A stretch of DNA of 64,000 nt from Gemmatimonadaceae bacterium. GTDB taxonomy: Bacteria > Gemmatimonadota > Gemmatimonadetes > Gemmatimonadales > Gemmatimonadaceae. Below are positions 1 to 9,960 of this stretch, piece after piece. The stretch is from assembly GCA_044224875.1 (NCBI GenBank), contig JBGAJQ010000002.1:32001-96000 (forward strand), read 5' to 3'. A program made the position numbers and the translations under genes. The notes beneath the pieces were generated by a model. That model ran no database searches. It was not told where the DNA came from and saw only the letters and a program-made list of their open reading frames with translations. The stretch's first letter is position 1; every line of letters starts with the position of its first letter.

Positions 1-14
1 GTTCAAAGAGTGGT

Positions 15-51
15 GAAGGCCCCCACATCACGTCGCGAATGTAGGGGCGCT
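15..51. repeat. GC-rich hairpin (terminator- or REP-like), related to the hairpin at 9961-10001
   Basis: GCCCCCACAT...ATGTAGGGGC inverted repeat; outer arms match the reverse complement of 9961-10001. Confidence 0.4.
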
Positions 52-281
52 GCCGGGCGCCACAAGGCACACGCAGGGCAAGGGGCTCGTGAGATCTCCG
101 CGCCGCCAGAGGGTCGCATCCCGAACGGCCCCCGATCCACCGAGTCCGTTCTCCGCAGGCTGAGGTCGACTGCATCGCGGCTGCCGCGACGCACGTTGGC
201 CGCGGGAAGCGGCGCAGGAGGCCTACCGGGTGCCGCACGTACCCTTCACCTTCTGCTCACTCTGCCGGCACCTACGGTCCC

Positions 282-800
282 ATGCGCATTGACCTCACTC
301 ACTGCTCGATTCGCAACTGGCGCGAGGACGATCTCGATCGTCTCGTTAGGTTGGCGGACAACCGGAAGATCTGGCTCGCCCTCCGGGACCGGTTTCCCAG
401 CCCGTACACGAGGGACGCTGGAAAAGAGTGGCTGGGCGTCGTCCTGGCGGCATCGCCGCCAACCACCTTCGTTATCGCCGTCGAGGATCAGCTGGCGGGG
501 TCGATTGGCATCATTCCCGGAACCGACATCTACGCGCGAACCGCGGAGGTGGGATACTGGCTAGGCGAGGAATACTGGGGACGAGGATTGGCCGCCGAGG
601 CGCTCAACGGGTTCGCCCCCTGGGTCTTTGAAGAGTTCAAGCTGGCTCGCTTGTGGGCCGCGGTGTTCGTCAACAACCCGGGCTCCGCGCGCGTGTTGGA
701 GAAGGCGGGCTTCGTACGCGAAGCCACGTTCAAGAACGCCGCGGTCAAGGACGGGCACGTGATCGATGAATGGATATATGCACGAACCCCGCCTGCTTGA
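282..800 (+). CDS. GNAT N-acetyltransferase, RimJ/RimL family
   Basis: AEVGYWLGEEYWGRG acetyl-CoA motif; NPGSARVLEKAGF. Confidence 0.9.
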   Translation: MRIDLTHCSIRNWREDDLDRLVRLADNRKIWLALRDRFPSPYTRDAGKEWLGVVLAASPPTTFVIAVEDQLAGSIGIIPGTDIYARTAEVGYWLGEEYWGRGLAAEALNGFAPWVFEEFKLARLWAAVFVNNPGSARVLEKAGFVREATFKNAAVKDGHVIDEWIYARTPPA

Positions 801-865
801 GACCACGGTTTCCCCTTTCACCTTGTCACGGAAAACACGAATGGCGTTGCGGGTGCGACGCGCTC

Positions 866-1993
866 CTACCGCATTCCGGCGCAAAGGACGGCCATCGCGC
901 CCTCGGCCTGGCAGCGGCCGGTACCTCGCGACGGTGCCTCCGCCGTGTATTCGTAGCGAGTGCTGCTTGCGCCGCGTCGCTTCGAGTTCACGTTCGTCCA
1001 TCGGGCGCGCTTGCCGCGCACATCGATGTGCGCAAAGGGGCCGCTTGGACCCATGGCACGGTACAGTCCCAGCCCACCGACGAGCTCCGGGTATCGCCAC
1101 TCCACGCGTTCCACCGCGCGATTGATCACGTCCGTATCGCGAAAGTCGACCATGCCGTCCCGATTCAGGTCGTCCATACGCCCATCGCCGTCAGCGTCGA
1201 TGATCACGTCAGCTGCATCGCCGTACTGATGTCGGCTGGCGAACGCCATGCCTTCGCCCATGCCGCGCACATTGTATTGGGGTGACCGGAATCCGGAGAG
1301 CACGGTAGCATGCATCGCAGGGACGCCTTCGCCCTGCAGCGTCTGCAACACCAGCTCCAGCTTGTCCAGCAAGTCTTCCCGCAGCACGACGTACTTTGGC
1401 CAAGTGGACACCTGGTCATGCGTAACGAAGTCGCGCAGACGGAAGTGCTCCGACAACTGCGTGTTGACGTTTTCCGGCGTGACCTCCACAAAGCCGATCG
1501 GGTTGTCGTAGTTCGTGGGCATGCTGCGCCGTTCGGCGGGCCACCACCCAACATTGTAGCCGTTGATCTGGTCGCCGAGCTTGCGGCCCCATGGGAGCAA
1601 CGTGATGAATGAGAAGTCCGCGCCGTTGGCTGCGCCTTCGAGGCGGCGAACACCGGGCTCCAGCACCGAGTTGCCGAACCGCTCGACCAACCCGGGAAAT
1701 TCCGGTACCTCGTCGCGTTGTACCAATCGCACGAACACCCGTCGGCTGCGACCCAGCAGGGCGTCGACGTTCAGGTCGCCGCCCGCCACTTCGCCATCGC
1801 GCTGAACACGCGTCGCGCGATTGGCCGGGTTGTTCACGATTTCTGCCCGAACCGCAACCGGGGCGACGGGGTCAGCGAACACCGATCGCACTTCACTCCC
1901 AGACACGGTGCGCGCGACTGCGACGACGAGGGCGAGGCAGGCGACAAGCGGCGCAGCGCGCCGAATCCGAGGCGTGTGGGAGGCGTTGAGCAT
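866..1993 (-). CDS. Secreted peptidase M15 family (D-Ala-D-Ala carboxypeptidase-like); start uncertain (1993 or 2026)
   Basis: LSEHFRLRDF, SGFRSPQYN, SRHQYGDAAD and HID zinc motifs; N-terminal hydrophobic segment. Confidence 0.8.
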   Translation of the reverse strand: MLNASHTPRIRRAAPLVACLALVVAVARTVSGSEVRSVFADPVAPVAVRAEIVNNPANRATRVQRDGEVAGGDLNVDALLGRSRRVFVRLVQRDEVPEFPGLVERFGNSVLEPGVRRLEGAANGADFSFITLLPWGRKLGDQINGYNVGWWPAERRSMPTNYDNPIGFVEVTPENVNTQLSEHFRLRDFVTHDQVSTWPKYVVLREDLLDKLELVLQTLQGEGVPAMHATVLSGFRSPQYNVRGMGEGMAFASRHQYGDAADVIIDADGDGRMDDLNRDGMVDFRDTDVINRAVERVEWRYPELVGGLGLYRAMGPSGPFAHIDVRGKRARWTNVNSKRRGASSTRYEYTAEAPSRGTGRCQAEGAMAVLCAGMR

Positions 1994-2176
1994 CGAAGTA
2001 GGACGAACTGGCAACCCAATGAGCAACCACGACTTGCGGCAATTTTCGCCGGTCGTGGCGCGGGATGCGGCAACGTAGTGATTGCTGTCACGCGGGCGTC
2101 ACGCGTGCCGTCTAGGGGCGAGTATCGTCAAGTGGAAGAGCAAAACGAACTTCCGATGCATTCATGAGCGGAATCG

Positions 2177-2527
2177 ATGTTCTCTTCGCTGATCCACTTC
2201 CATTCTGAAAACGCCGCACCCGTGAGGGTCATTTTGGTTCGCACCCGAGAACGCATCGCTGACGCCGCCGCAGCCACGCTCCTCGTGACGGGCATCGGGC
2301 TGTTTCTGTTCGCGCGCCAGTCCCTCACCGCGCTAGCGAATGGCACGTATTTCGTGCCGGCCGGGACAACGTACGTCTCGCGGGCCGATCTACACACGAC
2401 GCAGTCGCGACTCGGGCTGTGGCTGGCGGCGACGGGGCTCGCCATTGCCATTGCCGCCGCGCTGAGTCACTCGCGATCGCGCAAACGCGCGTCACGTCCG
2501 GCGCCGCTGGCGAAAACAGACGCCTAA
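2177..2527 (+). CDS. Small membrane protein (two hydrophobic helices), hypothetical
   Basis: Two TM-like stretches and basic C-tail; fills the gap between flanking genes. Confidence 0.55.
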   Translation: MFSSLIHFHSENAAPVRVILVRTRERIADAAAATLLVTGIGLFLFARQSLTALANGTYFVPAGTTYVSRADLHTTQSRLGLWLAATGLAIAIAAALSHSRSRKRASRPAPLAKTDA

Positions 2528-2583
2528 GCGGCAAGGTTGCAGGTGACGGGGTCGGCAAGCGCCGACCCCGTGGTCTATCCCGG

Positions 2584-2973
2584 CTACTTCTTGACCGGGT
2601 CCGCTCCGCGCAGGTAGGCGTCCGTCTTCTTCAGCCAATCCTCTCGCGGTGGACTGAACACGTCGACATCCAGCGTGTCTTCCAGGGCTTCCGCCTTGTG
2701 CCAGACGTACGAGGGGATGTGAAGGACCTCGCCCGCCCGCACGTCGAGCGTATGCGACTCGTCCTCACCGATCCAGAATCGCAAGCACCCTTCGAGGATG
2801 TACGTCAACTGCTCGTTATGGTGCTGGTGCCTGGGGACGATGCATCCCTTCTTCAGGTAGACGTGCGCCAGCATCATGGTGTCGCCGGTGACGAGACGGC
2901 GGCTCAACATGGGCGTCACCGTCTCGATCGGCATGTCATTCCAGCGATAAGAGGTCACGCCGGCTTCGGGCAT
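2584..2973 (-). CDS. Cupin domain protein
   Basis: PRHQHHNEQ and GEVLHIPSYVWH cupin motifs; DVFSPPREDW. Confidence 0.9.
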   Translation of the reverse strand: MPEAGVTSYRWNDMPIETVTPMLSRRLVTGDTMMLAHVYLKKGCIVPRHQHHNEQLTYILEGCLRFWIGEDESHTLDVRAGEVLHIPSYVWHKAEALEDTLDVDVFSPPREDWLKKTDAYLRGADPVKK

Positions 2974-3098
2974 CTCGTGGTTCTCCGTTGAATGTGTGCG
3001 CCCATCGGGTGCGCCGACCGACGTTAACCCCTCGCGATCGAATGCTCCAGAGCGTCACTTGCGCGATGACGTTGCGGGAAGGAAGGTTTGGCGCTCGT

Positions 3099-3761
3099 AT
3101 GAGTGCTCCGCACGATCTTGACCCCCATGCCGATGCGCCGGTGCGCACCCTTGGCGCGCCCCTCGGCAACGCGGCCGCTGCCGCGATTTTCGTGCACGGT
3201 CGCGGCGCGACCGCCGAGAGCATTCTCGAGCTGGCACGCGCCACGCTCGTGCCCGGCGTGGCGTACCTGGCGCCGCAAGCGTCGGGACAGACGTGGTATC
3301 CCAAGAGCTTCCTTTCTCCGATCGCGGATAACGAGCCGGGCATCACGTCCGGACTTGCCTGCATCGCACGACTGGTTGCCATGGTTGAAGCTGCCGGGAT
3401 ACCCGGTGCACGCGTGGCACTCCTCGGATTCTCACAGGGCGCATGCCTGTCGCTGGAATTCACGGCCCGGCACGCCCGGCGCTACGGGGCCGTGATCGGA
3501 CTGAGCGGCGCACTCATTGGTCCGCCAGGCACACCACGCGACTACCAGGGGACCCTGGACGGGACGCCCATCTTCCTCGGGTGCAGCGACGTGGATTCGC
3601 ACATTCCCCTCTGGCGAGTCGATGAAAGTGCAGGGGTGCTCGAAGGACTCGGTGCCAAGGTAGACAAGCGCATCTACCCCGGCATGGGGCACACCGTCAG
3701 CCCCGACGAGGTCAAGGCCGTGCGCGAGTTGCTCGACGGCTTGGTGAGCGACGAACGATGA
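3099..3761 (+). CDS. Phospholipase/carboxylesterase (alpha/beta hydrolase)
   Basis: HGRG, GFSQG nucleophile elbow, D(SHIP) and GH triad residues. Confidence 0.85.
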   Translation: MSAPHDLDPHADAPVRTLGAPLGNAAAAAIFVHGRGATAESILELARATLVPGVAYLAPQASGQTWYPKSFLSPIADNEPGITSGLACIARLVAMVEAAGIPGARVALLGFSQGACLSLEFTARHARRYGAVIGLSGALIGPPGTPRDYQGTLDGTPIFLGCSDVDSHIPLWRVDESAGVLEGLGAKVDKRIYPGMGHTVSPDEVKAVRELLDGLVSDER

Positions 3762-4603
3762 GCGACTTCCTTTCGCTGCGCGACGCCATCGCCACGCACG
3801 TGCGGGACGGCCAGACGCTGGCGCTCGAAGGCTTCACGCACCTCATCCCGATGGCCGCTGGCCAGGAGATTGCGCGTCAGCGCGTCCGCGACCTCACGGT
3901 CGTGCGCATGACCCCCGACCTGATCTACGACCAACTCATTGGCGTCGGCTGCGTGCGAAAGCTGGTGTTCTCATGGGGAGGCAATCCCGGCGTGGGTTCG
4001 CTGCACCGACTGCGGGACGCCGTGGAGAACGGGTGGCCGCAGCCGTTGGAGCTGGAGGAGTACAGCCACGCCGCGCTCGCCGCGGCGTACGCCGCTGGCG
4101 CGAGCGGACTTCCTTTTGGCGTCTTGCGTGCCTTCCAGGGAACAGACCTCCCCGCGCATAACGCGCAGATCCGAAGCGTCGCCTGCCCATACACCGGGGA
4201 GGCCCTCGCCACCGTGCCCGCCATTCGCCCCGACGTCACCGTCATCCATGCCCAACAAGCGGACCGCAAAGGCAACGTGCGACTGCGCGGCATCATCGGT
4301 GTGCAAAAAGAAGCCGTACTTTCCGCGCGTACGGCCATTGTCACCGTCGAAGAAATTGTCGACACCGTCACCGACGAAATGAACGCGGTGGTGCTCCCGT
4401 CGTGGGTCATCGCGGCGGTCTGCCACGTACCGCGCGGGGCGTATCCCTCCTACGCGCACGGCTTCTATGACCGCGACAACGCGTTCTACAAGGCGTGGGA
4501 TGCGATTGCCAGGGAGCGCGATGTCTTCACCCACTGGATGAAACAGCACGTGGATGAAACGCCCGACTGGAACGCGTTCCTCCAGCGCGTGGGAGCGCGA
4601 TGA
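3758..4603 (+). CDS. CoA-transferase subunit A (3-oxoadipate/glutaconate family)
   Basis: LEGFTHLIP, RMTPDLIYDQLIG, FSWGGNPGVGSLHR; ATGA overlap with upstream gene. Confidence 0.9.
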   Translation: MSDFLSLRDAIATHVRDGQTLALEGFTHLIPMAAGQEIARQRVRDLTVVRMTPDLIYDQLIGVGCVRKLVFSWGGNPGVGSLHRLRDAVENGWPQPLELEEYSHAALAAAYAAGASGLPFGVLRAFQGTDLPAHNAQIRSVACPYTGEALATVPAIRPDVTVIHAQQADRKGNVRLRGIIGVQKEAVLSARTAIVTVEEIVDTVTDEMNAVVLPSWVIAAVCHVPRGAYPSYAHGFYDRDNAFYKAWDAIARERDVFTHWMKQHVDETPDWNAFLQRVGAR

Positions 4604-5373
4604 GCTCGGCCACACGGGATGAACTGATGATCGTCACCGCGGCGCGCGCGCTTCGCGATGGTGACGTGTGCTTTGTGGGCATCGGTCTTCCCAGCGCCGC
4701 CGCAAACCTCGCGCGGTTGACCCATGCACCCAACGTGGTGCTGATCTACGAGTCGGGAACGATCGGGGCCAAGCCGAGTGTGCTCCCTCTGTCGATCGGT
4801 GACGGCGAGCTGGCGGTCACCGCCGATGCGGTCGTGAGCATACCGGAGATCTTCACCTACTGGTTGCAGGCGGGCCGGGTGACGGTCGGGTTCCTTGGTG
4901 CGGCGCAGATCGATCGCTACGGGAATATCAACACAACGGTCATTGGCAGCTACAACGCGCCGCAGACGCGTCTTCCCGGGGCGGGTGGCGCGCCGGAAAT
5001 CGCCGCCCACGCGCGGGAGGTCTTCGTCATGCTCCGCCAGACACCGCGCGCCTTCGTTCTTGCCCTCGACTTCATCACGTCAGTTGGGCATCTGGACGGC
5101 GGACGGGCGCGCCAACGACTGGGGCTCGGCGGCCGTGGCCCCACGCGCGTGATCACCGACTTCGGGATCCTCGAACCGGCGTCCGACACCAATGAGTTGC
5201 AGTTGACGGCCGTGTACCCCGGAGTCACGGGAGAACAGGCCCGTCAAGCGACCGGGTGGCCCCTCCAACTGGCCCCGTCAATCGCGACGCTGGAACCCCC
5301 GACCCCAGTGGAGCTGGATGCCTTGCGCGCGTTGCAGGAACGAACCCGCATCGCGCACCGCGGCGCTGGCTAG
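4600..5373 (+). CDS. CoA-transferase subunit B (3-oxoadipate/glutaconate family)
   Basis: FVGIGLP, catalytic YESG, GFLGAAQIDRYGNINTT, RLPGAGGA. Confidence 0.9.
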   Translation: MSSATRDELMIVTAARALRDGDVCFVGIGLPSAAANLARLTHAPNVVLIYESGTIGAKPSVLPLSIGDGELAVTADAVVSIPEIFTYWLQAGRVTVGFLGAAQIDRYGNINTTVIGSYNAPQTRLPGAGGAPEIAAHAREVFVMLRQTPRAFVLALDFITSVGHLDGGRARQRLGLGGRGPTRVITDFGILEPASDTNELQLTAVYPGVTGEQARQATGWPLQLAPSIATLEPPTPVELDALRALQERTRIAHRGAG

Positions 5374-5386
5374 CGCACTCCACTCA

Positions 5387-6970
5387 TCAATGCGCGATCA
5401 CGATCTTCTTATATGACGCGGCATTCCACACCGGTCGCGCCGGAGCATTCGCGACCTCCAGGCCGGTGTAGTAAACGAGTTGTATCACCCGTGATTCCTT
5501 CTCGAAGTCGATCTTGTCCGCCGTGTCGCTGGCTCCGTGATAGTCAGGGTGCGTGCCGTTGAAGAAGAACAGAACGGGCACACCACGCCGCGCAAAATTG
5601 AAGTGGTCCGAGCGATAGTAGAAGCTCTCCTGTGGCCACAGGTCATCGATCGCGTGCATGTCCAGCTCGGGATGCGCCGCCGCAACCCGCTCCAGCGTGA
5701 CGCCAAGGTCAGAATGCTCCTTGCCGATCGCCACGATCGTGTCCTTCCAGTTGCGGCCGATCATGTCCATGTTGAAGTCGGCAACCATGCGCTCGGTCGG
5801 CACTGGCGGGTGCGCCGTGAAGTGGTCGCTCCCCCACAGTCCCTTCTCCTCGCCACTCACGGCGAGCAGGATGATCGAGCGCTTCGGGCGCGCGGCAGCG
5901 AATGCCCCCGCCAGCTCAATGATGCCCGCCGTTCCAGAGGCATCGTCGTCTGCGCCGTTCCAGATCGAGTCACCATCCGTGGCATGTCGCATCCCGACAT
6001 GATCCATGTGCGCCGAGAACACGATATACTCGTCACGAAGCTCGGCGTCACTGCCTTCGAGGATGCCCACCACGTTCGGTGCCGTCACGAGGTGCTGCAC
6101 GTTCTCACGCACCGTCGTCGTGACCATCAACTCGGGAATGTCACGCACGAGCGGTGTTCGTGTGCGCCGTAAGGCCGCCGCGCTCGTGCCGATAGCCTGC
6201 AGCACACCGCCAAGGGCGCGCTCGTGCACCTCCACGACCACGGGCCCGACATTCGGCGGAACTCCCACGATGAGCGATGGCGCAAACTGTGCCTGAACCC
6301 GGGTCGCGAAGGATGCGCTATCTCGGTTGGAGATGAGGAGCAGTGCGGCGGGATGTTGCGCCAGGAGTGAATCGAGCGCCGTCAGCTGCGCCCCCAACGG
6401 CTCCGTGTAGTCGATCGTCCACAGGACCGTGCGACCCTTGGCGTGAATGCCACGTACGTCGGCAGGACCGATCGGCCCCGCCATCAGGATCGCTGTGGCC
6501 GCCACGGCCCGACCTGTCCGTGGACCAGTGGTCCAACGAGCATCCCGTCCTAACGCGACCTCTGCCGAAGCCTCCCCCACTTGGAACCGGACGCTGGAGG
6601 CCACATCGGTCACCTTGGTGGCGATGGGGTAGCGTTGCAGGTACGTACCGCTGTCGCCAGCAGCCCGGAACCCCGCCTTTCGCAATTGCTCGGCCACATA
6701 GCGAGCCGTCAGCTCCAATCCCAGGGACGGTGTGTCGCGTCCTCCCATGGAATCGTCGGCGATCGTGAACACGTGGCGTCGCACGTCCGATGCGCGAATC
6801 TCCGCGGCGCCGCGTCGCGCGGCACCATCGCCATTCTGTGCCCGGGCCACCACCGACATCAGGAAGAGAGCGAGCAGGACCGCTCGCGACGACGACGTCC
6901 ACCAGCGCAACGCGTGTGTCGATGGACGACGACCAGTCGAGCCCGTTGGCCAAGGTACCTGGCGTAACAC
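5387..6970 (-). CDS. M28 family metallopeptidase, secreted (start uncertain)
   Basis: SAHMDH, NGADDDASG, GEEKGLWGS, NMDMIGR, RSDH, DYH motifs. Confidence 0.9.
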   Translation of the reverse strand: MLRQVPWPTGSTGRRPSTHALRWWTSSSRAVLLALFLMSVVARAQNGDGAARRGAAEIRASDVRRHVFTIADDSMGGRDTPSLGLELTARYVAEQLRKAGFRAAGDSGTYLQRYPIATKVTDVASSVRFQVGEASAEVALGRDARWTTGPRTGRAVAATAILMAGPIGPADVRGIHAKGRTVLWTIDYTEPLGAQLTALDSLLAQHPAALLLISNRDSASFATRVQAQFAPSLIVGVPPNVGPVVVEVHERALGGVLQAIGTSAAALRRTRTPLVRDIPELMVTTTVRENVQHLVTAPNVVGILEGSDAELRDEYIVFSAHMDHVGMRHATDGDSIWNGADDDASGTAGIIELAGAFAAARPKRSIILLAVSGEEKGLWGSDHFTAHPPVPTERMVADFNMDMIGRNWKDTIVAIGKEHSDLGVTLERVAAAHPELDMHAIDDLWPQESFYYRSDHFNFARRGVPVLFFFNGTHPDYHGASDTADKIDFEKESRVIQLVYYTGLEVANAPARPVWNAASYKKIVIAH

Positions 6971-7223
6971 TATCGTCCGCGGTGCAGGGAAGCAGCGAGG
7001 CCGGCAACGATCATTGCATCATGGCGAACGAAGGTTTCAGGAGACGCATGGCAAATGCCGTCGTTCTGCTCCCCAACAACGGGGCGCGCGACGTGCTCGT
7101 ATCCTAACGTGAGTCGTCGATCCCGGGCAACGTACGCGGAATATCAGAGCGGCTTTGTCGAGCCACGCACGGGAGCTGCGACGTAGAGCCTGCCGACGAC
7201 GGCTCGCCGTTTCATCTGCAAGG

Positions 7224-8396
7224 CTAGCGCGAGAATTCTACGGCCGACGGCGAGAACGTCCACGTGGAAACAGGGCCGCAACTGGTAGCCGAAGAACCCT
7301 CGATTCGGAGTCGCGTGGCACTCACCAGCTGCACCAAGACGCGTCGTACCTTGGGGAAGGCGGTCTGGTAGCAGTAAGTCGACCCGTCGGAGGTCACCGA
7401 CCCAAAGTCGACGTTCAGGTGATCGCCCGCCGGGGCTCCCGGCACAAAGTCGTAAGTCCCTGACGCCAGGCCAGGCACCGACGTGCCAACCGAGAACACC
7501 GCCCGAGACGGATCCACGTTGTCATGCACGAGCGCCAGGTGCGCGTCCTCCATCGGACTGTTGTCGAAGAACCAACGCCCCTGTGCCGTGTTGGGTTTGT
7601 CCTGCATGATCTCCCCGCAAACGGGCTCGATCGTCCGATGCATGGTTTGCCCGAACCGGCCGAGCAGCGCGCGCAGTCCGTCGCGGACGCCAGCTTCGAA
7701 GTAGTCGAGCGGACACACCGTGTGCAGTTGGCCAAACTCGCCACTGCCGCCGATACGCGATGAATTGATGAAGGCGAGCGGCGTGGTGCGGCGATCGTAC
7801 GCCCCGAAGTCCCCTCCGCGGCTCAACGCGAAGGTATCGCCAGCAGCAACCTCGATGGACACCTCCTTGTAACACTGCTGGACCGTAATGCCACCCGTGG
7901 TGTAGGGCGCGTTGCAGCTCACGTCCATGGAGCCGACCTTGGACGCAAAGTCCGGCAAGAGCTCAGTGACGTGGGCAAAGTAGACTCGCAGGTCGGCGCA
8001 CGGGAAGAAGCTCACCGTGTAGTCATTGTGCGGGACAGGCGCCAGGAATTTCTGCACCATGACGTTCGCCACCACGCCGTTACCCGGGAAACGCAACGGG
8101 ACGGACTCGCGAAGACCGGCACCCGCCGCGCGTGTGTAGAAATACATGTGATCCGAGGGAAAGACGTGTCCCGTCGGATTCAGGTTGCCGAGTGGCGTGA
8201 ACTCGTAAATCTGCGAGATATCGATCGGCGATACCGTCAGGAACGGCACCGGGGCACACCTGGCAAGCCCACTCGGTGACGGTGGCCCGCCGATGCCCTC
8301 GCTGCCACAGGCGACCGCCAGGCATAGCACGCCAACGGCCGTTGCGCCGCTTGCGGCACGGCGAAGCCTGCCCCACATCGACGACTCGTTATGCAT
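7224..8396 (-). CDS. Cys-rich lipoprotein, possible degenerate M23/LytM-like fold
   Basis: Lipobox LAVAC; GGAG RBS upstream; segments resembling M23 strands. Confidence 0.65.
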   Translation of the reverse strand: MHNESSMWGRLRRAASGATAVGVLCLAVACGSEGIGGPPSPSGLARCAPVPFLTVSPIDISQIYEFTPLGNLNPTGHVFPSDHMYFYTRAAGAGLRESVPLRFPGNGVVANVMVQKFLAPVPHNDYTVSFFPCADLRVYFAHVTELLPDFASKVGSMDVSCNAPYTTGGITVQQCYKEVSIEVAAGDTFALSRGGDFGAYDRRTTPLAFINSSRIGGSGEFGQLHTVCPLDYFEAGVRDGLRALLGRFGQTMHRTIEPVCGEIMQDKPNTAQGRWFFDNSPMEDAHLALVHDNVDPSRAVFSVGTSVPGLASGTYDFVPGAPAGDHLNVDFGSVTSDGSTYCYQTAFPKVRRVLVQLVSATRLRIEGSSATSCGPVSTWTFSPSAVEFSR

Positions 8397-8550
8397 GGTG
8401 CTCCCTCACATCTCGGCGGTACATCGCCAGAGTATCGGCACCTCGGGACGTCACATGGAATCCGGCCTTCCCCAGTCCACCTCGCATGCGAGCCGTTCCT
8501 TCGCCTCGACGCTCGGAAACGCGGCCGCGATCCCCACCGATGGGGCGGAA

Positions 8551-8577
8551 CCAATCCGCGGGGCGGTGAGGCACGTA
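8551..8577 (+). promoter_or_regulatory. Putative ECF (SigK-like) promoter
   Basis: CCAATCC-N16-CGTA about 50 nt upstream of the DUF4331 gene. Confidence 0.4.
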
Positions 8578-8628
8578 GCACCACGTCGTACCTGAACTCG
8601 ATCCCAATACTTCTCGTGGAGGCTACAC

Positions 8629-9363
8629 ATGTTGTCGATCCGTACGCCGCGTCGCGCCATGGCCCTGGCGACCGCTGCCGCAGTCGCGCTCGCGGCGACT
8701 GCCCTCATGGCGCGTACATCCCGGGCGTCCGACCACCAGGACACCCCGGACGTCGAACTCTCGCCGCGCATGGACGTGAACGACGTCTACGCATTTCCGG
8801 GCTCCAGCCCAGACCGCATCGTCCTGGTGCTCGATACGTCATCGCCCATCACGCCCGCACAGGGCGCCACGGCGGCGTTCGACCCGAACCTGCTCTACCA
8901 GCTCAAGGTCGACAACACTGGCGATGGCGTGGAAGACAAGGTCTTTCAGGTGACGTTTTCCGGCACCGGTGCCAACCAACGGGTGAACGTCCGTGGGCCC
9001 GTCGCGCCTAACGAAATCGGCACCAGCAATACCCTCGTCACGTCGGGCCCGCTCCTCTCCGGTGCCGTCAACACGAACCTCGGCACAGCCGCCGGGCTGC
9101 AGGTGTTTGCGGGGCTTCGCGACGACCCCTTCTTCCTGGACCTCGAGCAGTTCTTCCGCATCGTGCCGGATCGCAAGCCCGTGAGCGGTCCCTTGTCGCA
9201 GCTGCCCGACGCACCGACTGCCGCCGCCTTCCGCCCCGCCGGCCAGGCCGTGGACTACCTGCGCGGCATCAACACCCTCGCCATCGTCATCGAATTGCCC
9301 GCCGCCGACCTCACATCGGCCGGGAGCAAGAAGATCGGCGTATGGGGCACCATTTCCCGTTAG
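8629..9363 (+). CDS. DUF4331 family secreted protein
   Basis: Signal peptide, then ASDHQDTP, DVNDVYAF, VFAGLRDDPFFLD; GGAGG RBS. Confidence 0.8.
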   Translation: MLSIRTPRRAMALATAAAVALAATALMARTSRASDHQDTPDVELSPRMDVNDVYAFPGSSPDRIVLVLDTSSPITPAQGATAAFDPNLLYQLKVDNTGDGVEDKVFQVTFSGTGANQRVNVRGPVAPNEIGTSNTLVTSGPLLSGAVNTNLGTAAGLQVFAGLRDDPFFLDLEQFFRIVPDRKPVSGPLSQLPDAPTAAAFRPAGQAVDYLRGINTLAIVIELPAADLTSAGSKKIGVWGTISR

Positions 9364-9393
9364 GCAAACCACCTTCCTGAGCGATACACGAAC

Positions 9394-9942
9394 ATGCGTA
9401 CCTTCCTACGTGCCCCCGTCGCCTGCGCCTTGGCCGGACTCGCCCTGCTCACGGCCTGCGATAACAACGACGACAACACCGCCGTCGGCCCGTCTGGCAC
9501 CCGGGTCTTCAACCAGGTCGAGCGACTTGGGAATCCCCTCGTCAGCGAAGTCTTCCTGGCCAAACGGAACCACGCCTTTCACAACGTCGGGAAGCCGAGC
9601 ACCGACGTCGCGAATCACACCGCGGAACTGAAGAATTTTGTCGCCTCGGTCGCCGGTCGCGATGCCACCGTGCAGAACACCCTCGCCTCCGTGCTTCTGC
9701 CGGACATGCTCATCATCCAAACGGACAAGGCCCCGTCCACGGCTGGATGGCTCAGTTGGGCCTTGGCCAACGGGTACGGCGGTCGCAAGCTGACGGACGA
9801 CGTGGTTGATGCAGGTCTAGCCGCGATCTTCGGCAACTTGTTGAGCCCAAACAACGTGAGCCCGGGCCTGACCACGGACAACGTGAGCCAGAACGACAAG
9901 GCGTTCTCGACCTCCTTCCCGTACCTGGCGTCGCCAAACTGA
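9394..9942 (+). CDS. DUF4331-related lipoprotein (C-terminal half of the family)
   Basis: Lipobox LTAC; QVERLGNPLVSE, GGRKLTDDVVD, FPYLA. Confidence 0.75.
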   Translation: MRTFLRAPVACALAGLALLTACDNNDDNTAVGPSGTRVFNQVERLGNPLVSEVFLAKRNHAFHNVGKPSTDVANHTAELKNFVASVAGRDATVQNTLASVLLPDMLIIQTDKAPSTAGWLSWALANGYGGRKLTDDVVDAGLAAIFGNLLSPNNVSPGLTTDNVSQNDKAFSTSFPYLASPN

Positions 9943-9960
9943 GTTTCTCACCCGAGGAAA

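Noticed and set aside
1..281. ORFs 10..564 (+) and 3..194 (-), or a structured RNA
   Set aside because: Arg/Pro-rich shadow composition; no recognisable ncRNA or riboswitch motif
7048..7107. 19-codon sORF MANAVVLLPNNGARDVLVS after AGGAG
   Set aside because: RBS spacing is only 4 nt and there is no other support
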